Position numbers and translations under genes: made by a program. A DNA stretch of 64,000 nucleotides. Origin: Leucoraja ocellata. Its lineage: Eukaryota. Shown here piece after piece: positions 1-10,794 of the stretch. The DNA lies in the NCBI GenBank assembly GCA_036785375.1, contig JAWMAR010000206.1:3720001-3784000 (forward strand). The letters are read 5' to 3'. The notes below the pieces were generated by a model that was given only the letters and a program-made list of their open reading frames with translations, ran no database searches and was not told the origin of the DNA. The stretch's first letter is position 1, and each line of letters opens with the position of its first letter.

Positions 1-230
1 GTTTCCTGTCTGCCAACCACTTCTCTATCCATGTCAGCACTCTACCCCCAATACCATGTGCCCTAATTTTGCCCACTAATCTCCAATGTGGGACCTTATC
101 AAATGCTTTCTGAAAGTCCAGGTACACCACATCCACCGGCTCTCCCTTGTCCATTTTCTGAGTTACATCTTCAAAAAATTCCAGAAGATTAGTCAAGCAT
201 GATTTCCCTTTTGTAAATCCATGCTGACTC
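1..230 (-). mobile_element. CR1-type LINE ORF2 reverse transcriptase fragment
   Basis: Minus strand translates to SQHGFTKGKSCLTNLLEFFEDVT...VDVVYLDFQKAFDKVPH, the canonical CR1 RT motifs; runs off the window edge. Confidence 0.93.
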
Positions 231-1082
231 GGATGGATTTATCAGATCATCCTCGTGGCAGTAAGCTTTAGGAGGCTGGAGCTGTCATTATTCCACTGCT
301 GAATATCTGACTGATGAGGTGTGATGTTTGCGACAGCACTGTGCAAGAACATGCCTGCCTGAGGTTGTGGGTGCTATTGGGTTGCCATGCTGAGACTGTC
401 ATTCATCATCTTACCTCCTGTTCCCTGGACCAGTGTGAGTCGAGCCTTGACAAGATTGTTTGCGAGAGATTGGCAGGTGAGGGAGTGCTGTGCCAGCAGA
501 ACAACTCAGAATGTTGAGCAACGACTCCTTTGTAGCTGTTCCTTGCAGCAATGCTGCAAGTGACTCGGGTGCTGTGTTGCTGCAGAATGACTAGTTCGAT
601 GTCAGAATAGTCCACACACTGCCATGCTCCCTATGGTTTGAGAGTCATTTGTCAGGTCGAGTCATTCCTTGCCAGATGGAAGTTGTTGCTCAGAAGCATC
701 AGAAGTGCAGCTAAATATTATTAGTTGCTAAGGTTACCCATTGATTAATTTAGTGAGAGCACTCTTTGCAAACTATTGGTATGGTAAGCACAATGAACCC
801 TTTAGATTCAAAATGTGCGAAAGACCTCACCAAGATGAACAGCAAATTTCAAAGGTGAATGGAAGAGAAGATTGCAGAGTCACCAATTGTAAAGGGCAGG
901 CAAGGAAGAAGAAAACATGTCCAAACTGATCAACTTCTACGTAGTTTTTTTTGGCATTGTGACATCCCTTTTCCAAGAGCACATTCAGCGTCTTAGTGCA
1001 GAGTACAAGCAATATGGGTCAAATTCGGTGCCTTTTCATAAAAATAGAGATTTTGTTTAACCATTTGAAACATTATATTATT

Positions 1083-2618
1083 TAGCGATGTTACAATACT
1101 TACATTCAGTGGCGCTGCAGTTCCGCCACTGGACCTGTGCGCGACTTTGGTGCCTTTGAGGGTCGGGGAGCAGGATTACAATGCCGTTTTGTGCTGCCTG
1201 TCGGAGGCGGACTTCCTCGGGCTGCTAGCTGCTGATGAAAATCGGACTCCCGTTCACGGTATATTTTAAAAAAAAATCATTGGACAATTTAATATTTGGA
1301 TTAAAATAAAAGCGACTTCTAACGCCCTCAATGCCTACAACGTGACGGATCGCAAGAACGGGCCAAAACAAAGTGTAAGTCGCATATTTTACATTTAATC
1401 CTGCTTCTTGGGATGTCTTTAATCTCATTTTACGTTGCGAAAATGTTATTTGGGCCCCATACGAACCGACAGTGTTCCTGCCCATATGGAGTTCAAATTC
1501 ACCACAAATGCAACATTCCAATCGATCGTGTTCCAGAAGCAAGATGATTTAAATGCCCTTTTTTGGGACAATCATGTCATAAGCCGTCTAAATTGTCTAT
1601 ATTTTGTGTTATTCTCCCTATGATCATTATTTTTAACCTAAATATTCACAACAGTTTGAGTCGCGTATTGTGCAAAAAACAATAATTTGATTATATTTTG
1701 AGAGGATGTTTCTGGATTAATTTATGGGAATTAATCATTAAATTCCTTCCATCTGGAATATAAATTCATGACAGTGAGATTTAAAAATCATGTTATATTA
1801 TGAATTCCTGTGTGAATGGGATTAGTTTGTTATTTGGATAATTAGGCTATTTAAAAAAATTATCCTTTTCTTAAGAAATGGAATCTACAGGACATTGTTA
1901 ATGGGAAAGTAGTAGGCAGAAGGCATGTCATGCGTGGTTTGAAGAGCAAAAACTTGTAGTTTACAATGCCAAAATTGAAAAGTTGAGGAAAAACAAGGTG
2001 TACAGAATTGCTTATTGGTTACAATCTGAGGAGTATGATGATGCTACTGATTATGATATCCCAATGTACCAGCTAGCAACTGATCTTCTCCATAAAGACT
2101 TGGTCTATTGCTAGCAATTGTAATTTCTTTACCTATCTGTTACGGACTTACAGCATATAATACAATAATATTGAAGTTCTGATCTTGAGAATATCACATT
2201 TTTGAATTTTCAAGGTAGTTGGGTGTTTATTACTATTTCCGTCACATCGGTCAATTTTGTAATTAGCTACAATTAGGTAATTAACTAATTATATGCTTTA
2301 ATTTTAGTTCAAGTAAGATGTTTTATATTTGTTTCAGAATGCTTCAATCTATAATAACTGAACATTTCTTTCAGTTCTCTCAATTTTTAAGAAAGTTATT
2401 GCTTTTGACTGTCCTCGATCACAGCTTTTGTGTTAAGTCAATGGAAAAGCAATAGGGAACAAGATGCTAATTTCCTAGTATGAAAATGGCCATACCTTTT
2501 TTAATAATGAAGATATAAAAGCGAAGTAGGTGTCAAATTAAACTTCTTTTTATGCTTTATCCAATGGGATAAATTGCAGACTTGATTTTTAAAATCTCAA
2601 AATTTTGTAACATTGCAA
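1083..2618 (+). mobile_element. Non-autonomous/deleted TIR DNA transposon (TAG-type terminus, 4-bp TSD; Academ-compatible, superfamily uncertain)
   Basis: Left end TAGCGATGTTACAA (1083-1096); right end TTGTAACATTGCAA (2605-2618), 12/14 inverted match. TATT directly flanks both sides (1079-1082, 2619-2622). Confidence 0.7.
1882..2114 (+). pseudogene. Decayed C-terminal coding remnant inside the TIR element; Spin/Ssty (Tudor-like) domain resemblance
   Basis: NLQDIVNGKVVGRR (1882-1923), a 1-nt frameshift, then CHAWFEEQKLVVYNAKIEKLRKNKVYRIAYWLQSEEYDDATDYDIPMYQLATDLLHKDLVYC* (1926-2114). Not in the ORF track. Confidence 0.6.
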
Positions 2619-3732
2619 TATTATGTTGCAGTTGGAGTTTGTTTCTGGGACACGAACAATACAACGGTCTGAAATATTCTGTTGCATGGAGGATTCTGCA
2701 AAAAAACACATTTATCGTGCTGGAGTGTCGCAGTTATGCTCTATTTTAACGTAAAAATGGAAGGAATAGAGATTTTGAACGCAGCAGACATGCTGATGTT
2801 TTAACAAGAGTTTTTGCTCAGGGGCTTAGGAGTAACATCTCCGGTGAAGCCACCACTCCCAAATTATCCAGCTCCTCGCTTCTGTACCTCTTTGTAACCA
2901 ATTAGTCTGGATAGGGAGAAGGAAGGGAAGAACTCTTTGAGATGTGTTACAAATGTGACTGTTTTACTTCAAGTTAGGTCCTCATATTTGTGAGGTCTCA
3001 AAAGTGCACTTATGCACACCACCAAAAGTCTCAGCGCAGTTTGAAAAAATATTTTTCCGTGAGCTGATTCAGTACTGAGAAGATTTGGGTTGCCTTCTCA
3101 TTGGTTTCTTTGTGACTTTTCACCCCTCCCACTACTGTTCTAAAATGGGAAGAATTCCTCAATTGAAAGCAAAAAAAGTATACACACCCAGACTACTGTT
3201 TGTGGAAATGTCCTGCACTGTTGGGAGATATTGAAGTTGGAGGGATTTTTTTACTGAAACAAACCTTGCACAATATTCATAGCAACAACTGATTTATTTA
3301 TTTTTAAATGACGCTGTGCTGTGCTAAATTCCTCAACTGATGCCTTTTGCTTTCTTCAACAAGAACCCGATATGGTGACTTCATAGCTATGAAAATGTCT
3401 TCATAATTTGACAAGGGTAAAACATATACTCAAAAAAAATAATATCATTACCTCAGGGTGCATTAACTCTCACACATTTACATATTCTCAAGATTAGCAT
3501 GTTACTCATTTTCGAGCACTTTATGTTACATTGATTTTGGCAGTGGTGTCAAGCTTATCCAGACACTGATAATAACAATGTGAGATAGTAGATTTAGTTG
3601 CACACTAGCAGCTGCAGTGTCCTGAATTTAAATTACATTTGTCTCTCATGCAGTTATGCACTGAATTCCATAATCAATGCTTAAGGGAAACCTACTGGTT
3701 TCAGTCTAACAATGCCAGATTTCTTGAGAATG

Positions 3733-4010
3733 TTTAGCTTTAGCTTTGGCTTTTAGCTTTGGAGGTGCAGTGCGGAAACAGGCCTTTCGGCCCACCAAGT
3801 CCGCAGCGACCAGCGATCCCCGTACATTAGCATTATCCTACACACACTAGGGCCAAGTTATAATTTTACTGAAGCCGATTTGCCTACAAATCTGTACGTG
3901 TTTAGAGTGTGGGTGGAAATCAGAGCACACGGAGAAAACACACGAGGTCACAGGGAGAACGTACAAGCACCCATAATCAGGATCGAACCCGGGTCTCTGG
4001 CACGCCACAG
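3733..4010 (-). mobile_element. tRNA-derived V-SINE (HE1-like)
   Basis: Reverse complement of the neighbouring SINE: B-box (GGATCGAACC on +), V-domain, CR1-like tail. Confidence 0.88.
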
Positions 4011-4080
4011 GGTCTCCCCATTACTCTCATTGTTCTCAATGAATTTCAGGCAGAATGATTATATTTTGTTCAGCAGTAAG

Positions 4081-4398
4081 GATGGCACAGTGGCGCAGCG
4101 GTAGAGTTGCTGCCTTGCAGCACATCCACTGCCAGAGACACGGGTTCGATCCTGACTACGGGTGCTGTCTGTATGGTTTTGTATGTTCTCCCCATGACCG
4201 CGTGGGTTTTCTCCGAGATCTTCGGTTTCCTCCCACACTTCAAAGGCATCCAGGTTGTATGTTAATTGGCTTGGTATAAATGAAATTGTCCCTCGTGTGT
4301 GTGTGGGGGATTGTGTTAATGTGCGGGGATCGCTGGTTGGCATGGATGCAGTGGGATGAAGGTCCTGTTTCCACGCTGTATCTCTAGACTAAATTAAA
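4081..4398 (+). mobile_element. tRNA-derived V-SINE (HE1-like), near full length
   Basis: A-box TGGCGCAGCGG, B-box GGTTCGATCC, V-domain (TTCTCCCC..GCGTGGGTTTTCTCC..CGGTTTCCTCCCACA), tail CCTGTTTCCACGCTGTATCTCT shared with CR1 3' ends here. Confidence 0.92.
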
Positions 4399-4504
4399 GT
4401 AACTTGATGTGATTTGTCATTGATAGGAGGATGTCCAAAAATTTGTTTGGGTCATAGAATAAAGAGATTTCAATTTTTCTCTAACAGGCCTCTTGGTGAG
4501 TTAG

Positions 4505-4766
4505 GGCAGCACTGTGGCGCAGCGGCAGAGTCACAGCCCCTAGCAGCGCCGGAGACCTGGATTCTATCCTGACAACGGGTGTTGTCTGTGTAGAGTTTGT
4601 ATGTTCTCCCTGTGGCTATGTGGCCTTTCTCCGGGTGCTCCGGTTTTCTGCCACACTCCAAAGATTGTAGGTTAATTACGCTTTGGTAGAATTGCAAATT
4701 GTCCCTGGTGTGTAGGATAGTGTTAGTGTACAGAGTGAACACTGGTTGGCTCGGACTCAGCAGGCC
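4505..4766 (+). mobile_element. V-SINE (HE1-like), 3'-truncated
   Basis: GTGGCGCAGCGG head and CTCCGGGTGCTCCGGTTT V-domain. Confidence 0.88.
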
Positions 4767-4864
4767 ACTTGATGAATCAGAGTAAAATCAGGTACAGAAA
4801 GGAAATTAAAAAATAAAAAAAAGAAAAGAAAAAAAAAAGAAAGGAAATTATAGAATTTTTAAAA

Positions 4865-5275
4865 ACCACCAAAATGATGGAGTAACTCAGCGGGTCAGGC
4901 GGCTTCTCGAGAGGACATGGAAAGGTGACGATTCAGATCGAGATGCTTATTCAACTGATTATGGTGGAGAGAAGGGAAGAGGCCGGACAACATCCAGGAA
5001 AGATCCATGTGAGGGGTTTTTTGATGGGCAGTTGTTTGGACAAAGGCCAGAGATGAAAAGACAGAAGATAGACACGAAAAGTTTGAGAAACTCAGCGGAC
5101 AGGCAGCATCTCTGGAGAAAAGGAATGGGTGATGTTTCAGTTCCAGACCCTTTTTCTCGACTAGAAACATCACCCATTCCTTCTCTCCGGAGATGCTGCC
5201 TGTCCCGCTGAGTTTCTCCAGCGTTTTGGGTCTATATTTGGTTTAAACCAGCATCTGCAGTTCCTTCTTACACAT
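4865..5275. mobile_element. Penelope-like terminal repeat fragments including a fold-back (5066-5238)
   Basis: GAGTAACTCAGCGGG..CAGGCAGCATCTCTGGAGA family in both orientations; the same family lies 3' of GIY-YIG remnants at 32784 and 59489. Confidence 0.8.
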
Positions 5276-5425
5276 GAAAGCACAGAAGTTGTGAGACAAA
5301 AGGATTGAAGAGTTGTGATTTGTGAAGCTGGAGGAAGGAATGCAGATGGAAGGGGAGAAAATAGTTCACTTTCTGGGTCAGAGAGATTAATTTGTTTTGT
5401 TGAAACAAAACATATTTAATTATAA

Positions 5426-6127
5426 AGGGCCTGTCCCACTTGGCCGTCATTTAGCCGACAGGCCGGTAGTGACTGACATGCGATGGTCGCGCGCGTCATC
5501 ATGCGTCCGCACAGCCGTCTGAAGCGCGTGACGTCATTTGAAGATAGACACAAAATGCAGGAGTAACTCAGCTGGACCAGCAGCATTTCTGGAGATGTTT
5601 CGGGTGGAGACTCTTCTTCAGATTTACTCCAGCATTTTGTGTCTATCTCCAATCATCTTGGCACCACTCTGGCAGTAGGAGTGGGGGCGGATCCAGATCC
5701 GCAACGGCCATGAGCCCCAGGCCGAGCTCGGCGATCATTTGCCTGCTTCTGCTGCTGGTGGAGGTGAGACGTTGCGCCGCGCCAGGGTCTTGGGCCTTTC
5801 CCACTTTGGCCGTCAGTTACGCCACAGGCCGATGGCGCGCAAAGTTTTCGTACAGGATGAAGTCCACACTCCTTCACGCCACTTCACACTCCTCCACCCC
5901 ACTCCATGCACCCGTCCCGCGCTACCCATGCGCTACCCACGCACTACCCACGCGCTACCTACATGCTACCCACACGCTACCCACGCGCTACCTACATGCT
6001 ACCCACACGCTACCTACATGCTACCCACACGCTACCCACGCGCTACCCACACGCTACCCACACACTACCCACATGCTAGCAGGTTGCGTAAATGGCGTGC
6101 GAATGACAGCCAAGTGGGACAGCCCCT
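5426..6127. mobile_element. PIF/Harbinger-type non-autonomous DNA transposon
   Basis: TIRs AGGGCCTGTCCCACTTGGCCGTCATT / AATGACAGCCAAGTGGGACAGCCCCT; TAA TSD at 5423-5425 and 6128-6130. Contains a nested PLE fold-back (~5540-5650). Confidence 0.88.
5918..6075 (+). repeat. ~11-13-bp minisatellite (CGCTACCCACA/TGCTACCCACA) inside the Harbinger MITE
   Basis: More than ten tandem GCTACCCAC-type units. Confidence 0.9.
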
Positions 6128-6647
6128 TAACTGTTAATTATGGTACTTCACTTTATTTGGAAAGTTGAAGAGACAGTTAACATGTAAATACAAGTTGTTA
6201 AAAATAATTGGGTGGTTAAGAATTGGATACCAAATGCTGAACAAAATAAATTGTCTGGAAAGTTTGACCATGTCTTATGACTTTTAGTTGGAGTAATTAT
6301 TTTCCTGACTACCTTTCTAATTTGCATGTCTGTGAGAGTGTGGGTCAAGAATTCATCATTTTTTCCAGCAAGATTTGACATAATTGTAATATCCTCGTTA
6401 CTCTGATTCTATATTAGGACTTCACTTTCAATTTCCACCTGCAGGTCTGGGCAACATTCTTGTTGCCATTTGTCTGAAGAGACCATCCTCGTTCTCATGT
6501 CTACCACATAAATAGAAGGAATATTCCTGATTGATGAATGCGGTTCTATTAAAACTCCTATGTAGGATGATATGATTAGTTTTGAAACCTCAGTTAAAAC
6601 AAAAATTAAGAATTCATATCTTTGAATGTGTCTCTCTGAGAATCTCT

Positions 6648-6860
6648 GAGTATAGAAATTGGGAGGTTGTGTTGCAGTTATATAAGATGTTGGTGAGGCC
6701 GCATTTAGCATTGTTTAGTTCTGGGCACCATGTCACAGGAAAGATGTTGTCAAGCTGGAAAGGGTGCGGAGAAGATGCACGGGGATGTTGCCAGGACCCA
6801 AGGGCCTGAGCTACAGGGAGAGGTTGAGCTCGGTGGTCTGAAGGGCGTTGTATCTCTAAA
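6648..6860 (+). mobile_element. Degenerate CR1 LINE ORF2 3' fragment
   Basis: EYRNWEVVLQLYKMLVRPHL matches the CR1 post-RT motif LYKALVRPHLEY. Confidence 0.82.
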
Positions 6861-7937
6861 GCCTGATGTCCAAAAGGTACAAATGTATCTCACAGATCTA
6901 TTAGCAAGTAGTTTTTAACTTTCAGTCAGTTTGAATTTAATTTGAATTTAATACCCTAAAACCAAACAGCTGATAAGTAAAACTGGTTATAATTTTTCAA
7001 AGATGTAAAACATGATTAGTTCAATCATTTAGTTCTCAACGTTCTAATTGAGTGTAGACAGTGCAAGAAAAGTCCCATCCCATGTACTATCCACTTGCTG
7101 CCTCTTTGGGCATCAACTGCCTCATTTATGATGGAGGCACCAGAGACTCAAGATTGCATCATCTTCAGTCTCTTGTGCCTCCATCTGAGGTAAGCATATC
7201 TGAAGATCCAGTGTTGGCTCAACAGTCACTTCGGAACCCACCAAACTGAAGTGGAAGCAAGTCATCCACATGGACGGTCAAAGAAAATAAATGTGAATGT
7301 TGATGAGTTGCAGGTGATTTTCAACAGGACTTTCATTCCTTTTGTTCTCTCTTACATAGATGGAATAGAAACTGATGAACCTATAACTACATTTTTAAGG
7401 AGAAAAAACATTGTATTAATCTGCCAACAGGCATCAAATATACAGATACCTTCCTAGTGCCCATTGACGTTACTATATAGAATCAGTCATATTTGTCTCC
7501 TCTCCAATCTCTGGCAGCAAAATCCCGAGGGCTAGTCTCAGTTGGCAAAGTTTTGCTGGAGGTTCGTGATAAGTAATGGGTTTTTAATCTGCATGAATGG
7601 TTCCTGCTGTTCCCGCTGTCGCCGTCTTTGCTCCGTTACCGCCGAGGATCCAGTTGCCATTGAGGCTCAAGTTGCCGCCGAGGCTCCATCGGCCCAGACA
7701 GGCCTCGTCGCCCGGCTTCTCCGCAGGTCCCTAGGAGGCCTGTGGGGTGAGTCAGGCCTACCGGAGCACGTTCCGGTCGTCGATCATTGCTCCGGTCGTC
7801 GGCGCCGCGGTTGTTCGGCGGGTTGACCGGGCCCGCGCGGCTCCCCGGGTCATTCACGCTGTGTGTGTGGCTCCTCCTTCTACACCCTAAATCTGTTTTC
7901 CTCTCTTACCTGCAAGAAGACAAACAAAACATTTGTT

Positions 7938-8032
7938 TGAAGAAGGGTCTCAGCTGCCTGTCCCGCTGAGTTACTCCAGCATTTTGTGTCTCTCTTTGAT
8001 ACAAACCAGCATCTGCAGTTCCTTCCTACACA
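7938..8032 (+). mobile_element. Penelope-like terminal fragment
   Basis: GAAGAAGGGTCTC...GCTGCCTGTCCCGCTGAGTTACTCCAGC...CCAGCATCTGCAGTTCCTTCCTACACA. Confidence 0.8.
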
Positions 8033-8437
8033 TTGTGCGTACACTCAAGTTCAATGAGTGGTGACCATATCTTCTATGAACTGACTAATTGAATCCATAG
8101 TTAGACAAACAGTTGGGAGTCTTTGTTATTAAAAGGAACACTGTCCCAACGTGTTACAACATACATGTACTTAATTACATAAAGCACACATCCTTTGATC
8201 CTCCAGAAACAGCAATCATGTGGACTTTGTATCCAACATAGCATGGATTTTTAAACATGAAAGTCTATGTAAATTTGGCACACAGCTATTTCAGGTAGAA
8301 AGTTACTTAATGGTGAAGAAGAGGTGCAAATATTTATTTCATACAATAATCTTAAAAGGTGTATAATATTACAAGCAACCCAGACATGATAATCGAGAAG
8401 AATCTATTTACCTCAGCAGAAGAACATGTGTTGGAAG

Positions 8438-8982
8438 GTCATAAGTGATAGGAGCAGAATTAGGCCATTCGGCCTATCAAGTCTCCTTTGCCAGTCAATC
8501 ATGGCTGATCTATCTCTCCTTCCCAACCCCATTCTCCTGCCTTTTTTCCTATAACCCCTGACACTCGTACTAATCATGAATCTATACATCTTTGCCTTAA
8601 AAATATCAATTAAGTGGCCTCCACAGCCTTCCTTGGCAAAGAATTCCACAGATTTGCCACCCTCTGACTAAAGATATTCCTACTCATCTCCTTCCTAAAA
8701 GAATGTCCTTTAATTCTGAGGCTATGACCTCTAGTCCTAGACTTTCCACTAGTGGAAACATCATCCCCACATCCACTCTTTCCAAAGCCTTTCACTATTT
8801 GGTACATTTTAATGAGGTCCCCCCTCATTCTTCTAAACTCCAGCATGTGCAGGCCCAGTGCTGTCAAATGTTCATCATATGGTAACCCGCTCATTCCTGG
8901 GATCATTCTTGTAAACCTCCTCTGGACACTCTCCAAAGAAAGTGCATCCTTCCTCAGATATGGTGTCCAAAAATGCTCACAA
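8438..8982 (-). mobile_element. CR1 LINE 3' end
   Basis: ORF 8610-8936 (ESVQRRFTRMIPG...RMRGDLI...TRGHSL...FSQRVANLWNSLP) plus 3' UTR. Confidence 0.93.
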
Positions 8983-9240
8983 TAGACACAGAGGAGTTAA
9001 ATGGGAGAAAGATCAACCTCTCCCTATCTGCCTGATAGGTTTAGAAAGACATAAACTTTCAATGCACTTGAAATACACAGCCAAGCAAGTGTCATCTTTA
9101 TCTTTACATTTTTAACTCATCACTGATTATTTTTGTGTAATCCAACTGTTACAGCACATTAATCATCAATTTTAGACAGTACTTTTGATCTTGTGATGCA
9201 TGAATTCCTCTCATATTACTCACACCTTTGCAGTGGTAGT

Positions 9241-9450
9241 TGGAATGGAATACTTTATCGTCACATATGACAAGGCACAGTGAAATTCCTTGCTTGCATA
9301 CCCAAGGTATGTAAATAGTCATCGCATACGGCGCTGACAAAGTTACAAATTACCCCCGCTGGCTCTTTCTTTGTTCTCCACCCCCCCCCCCCCCCCCCCC
9401 CCCCCCCTTCCCCGCTGTCCCTTCATGCCGGCTCCTCCATTGTTCATTGT
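9241..9450 (-). mobile_element. Non-LTR 3' tail (Rex1/L2-like stem-loop plus microsatellite)
   Basis: Minus strand GAATTTCACTGTGCCTTGTCATATGTGACGATAAAG followed by (ATTCC)n; poly-C tract inside. Confidence 0.55.
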
Positions 9451-10794
9451 TGCAAAGCCTTCAAGGTGTATCGTCTAATGTATGCAAGAAAAAGTCTTCA
9501 GTTTTATTTTGTTCCCATAATACATTTCGAACTTAATTGACACTCAATTCCATTTCCATCCTCCCTGTTCCCTTGTTCTAAGAGCTTATGTCATTTGAAG
9601 TTGATGATTGAGCTTCAGGAGAACTAGTTTATTCAATTAATGCAGTGTTTCCCAATTAAATGCTATGAAACCTCAATTAATTTACATGGTATCAGGCAAA
9701 TCATCACATGTTGGACCCTCCTGCTGGGGCCATTGAAAAGTTACACATACTGCAGTTTGGCAAGTACTGGCAAGTTCCTTAATTACCTTTCATAGATTTT
9801 GTTTCATTCTACTGATGACTGATTGGAGCACAGGGACTCAATTTTCAACTTTGCAAATAAGTCACAACAAATATATTAAAAAGTAACATATAGATTTTGG
9901 GATAAAATTAGGAGTTTTATATCAGCTTATCTTGTCCTATTTGTACAGAGAAAAGTATTTTTGTTGAAAGAAAATGCTTGTTATTTAGTGTGACTGCTCA
10001 CAAACTGGGTGCCTTAAGTGCAACTCTTTGTGTATTTGCAAAGGTACTCCACTTATTTACTGTATTTGTTCTAAGTGCTTGTCACACACTTTGGAAATTT
10101 TAATTGCCAGCAATTGATGTACCAAAGTGATATTTCTGACAAGTTGGCCAAGTGAGATTTTGTGCTGTGAGAAAGCAGAATGAATATTGTTGCTGTTCCT
10201 TGGAAATAAATAAGCAATCATAGGAACAAGCACCGGGCATTACCTGCCCGGGATATTCTCTTGAGCACAATGGTGCTAATCATTTCCCAAGGCAGTCCAA
10301 GATGCTTGCATGTAGAACTGTCCTAAAATGTCTAATATCCAATTATGCAGTACATCCTAGTGCGGTACATCCAATCAACTTAAAAGCAGAAAGACCTCAA
10401 TACTTGTTGTAATGAAATCAGATACAAGTTGTTAAGTTCCTTTGAAACAATGAAACCTGAAGTTTCCTATTAGCTGATACAGGTTGTTGAGCTGACATTC
10501 TGTGACCCACGTACCATGTGATTGCACTTGAAGCTGAAACAAGGTATTTCTGCGATGGATTAATATTTTTTAATGTGGTAGTCCATTGCTCAAGTTGAAG
10601 AGTTTGGCTGTTCATCCAACTGCTTCACTGAAGATTGGGCCGAGAGAAGGGGCAATCCATTGTCAAATAAATGCTATTCCCTTTTGCTACAACATCTAAG
10701 GTGGCACACACAATTATTTTACAAATAAGTTACCTGTGCTGCTTCCCTTTGTCCGTGCATGAATGGAAGTCATACTTTGCAATCCTGAGAATGT

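Noticed and set aside
415-580. Minus-strand exon candidate (TTCTGCAG|...GAG|GTAAG)
   Set aside because: Good donor and two open frames, but a weak pyrimidine tract and unrecognised peptides; could be decayed TE. Not supportable without RNA data.
4081-4160. tRNA gene
   Set aside because: A/B boxes are present but run straight into a V-domain and LINE-like tail; this is a SINE head, as are the other copies.
5426-6127. piggyBac/Kolobok (TTAA) classification of the MITEs
   Set aside because: Empty-site reconstruction at 10877 and 37517 shows a 3-bp TAA/TTA duplication, which fits PIF/Harbinger.
5710-6168. His/Thr/Pro-repeat secreted protein ORF
   Set aside because: Translation of the MITE's internal minisatellite.
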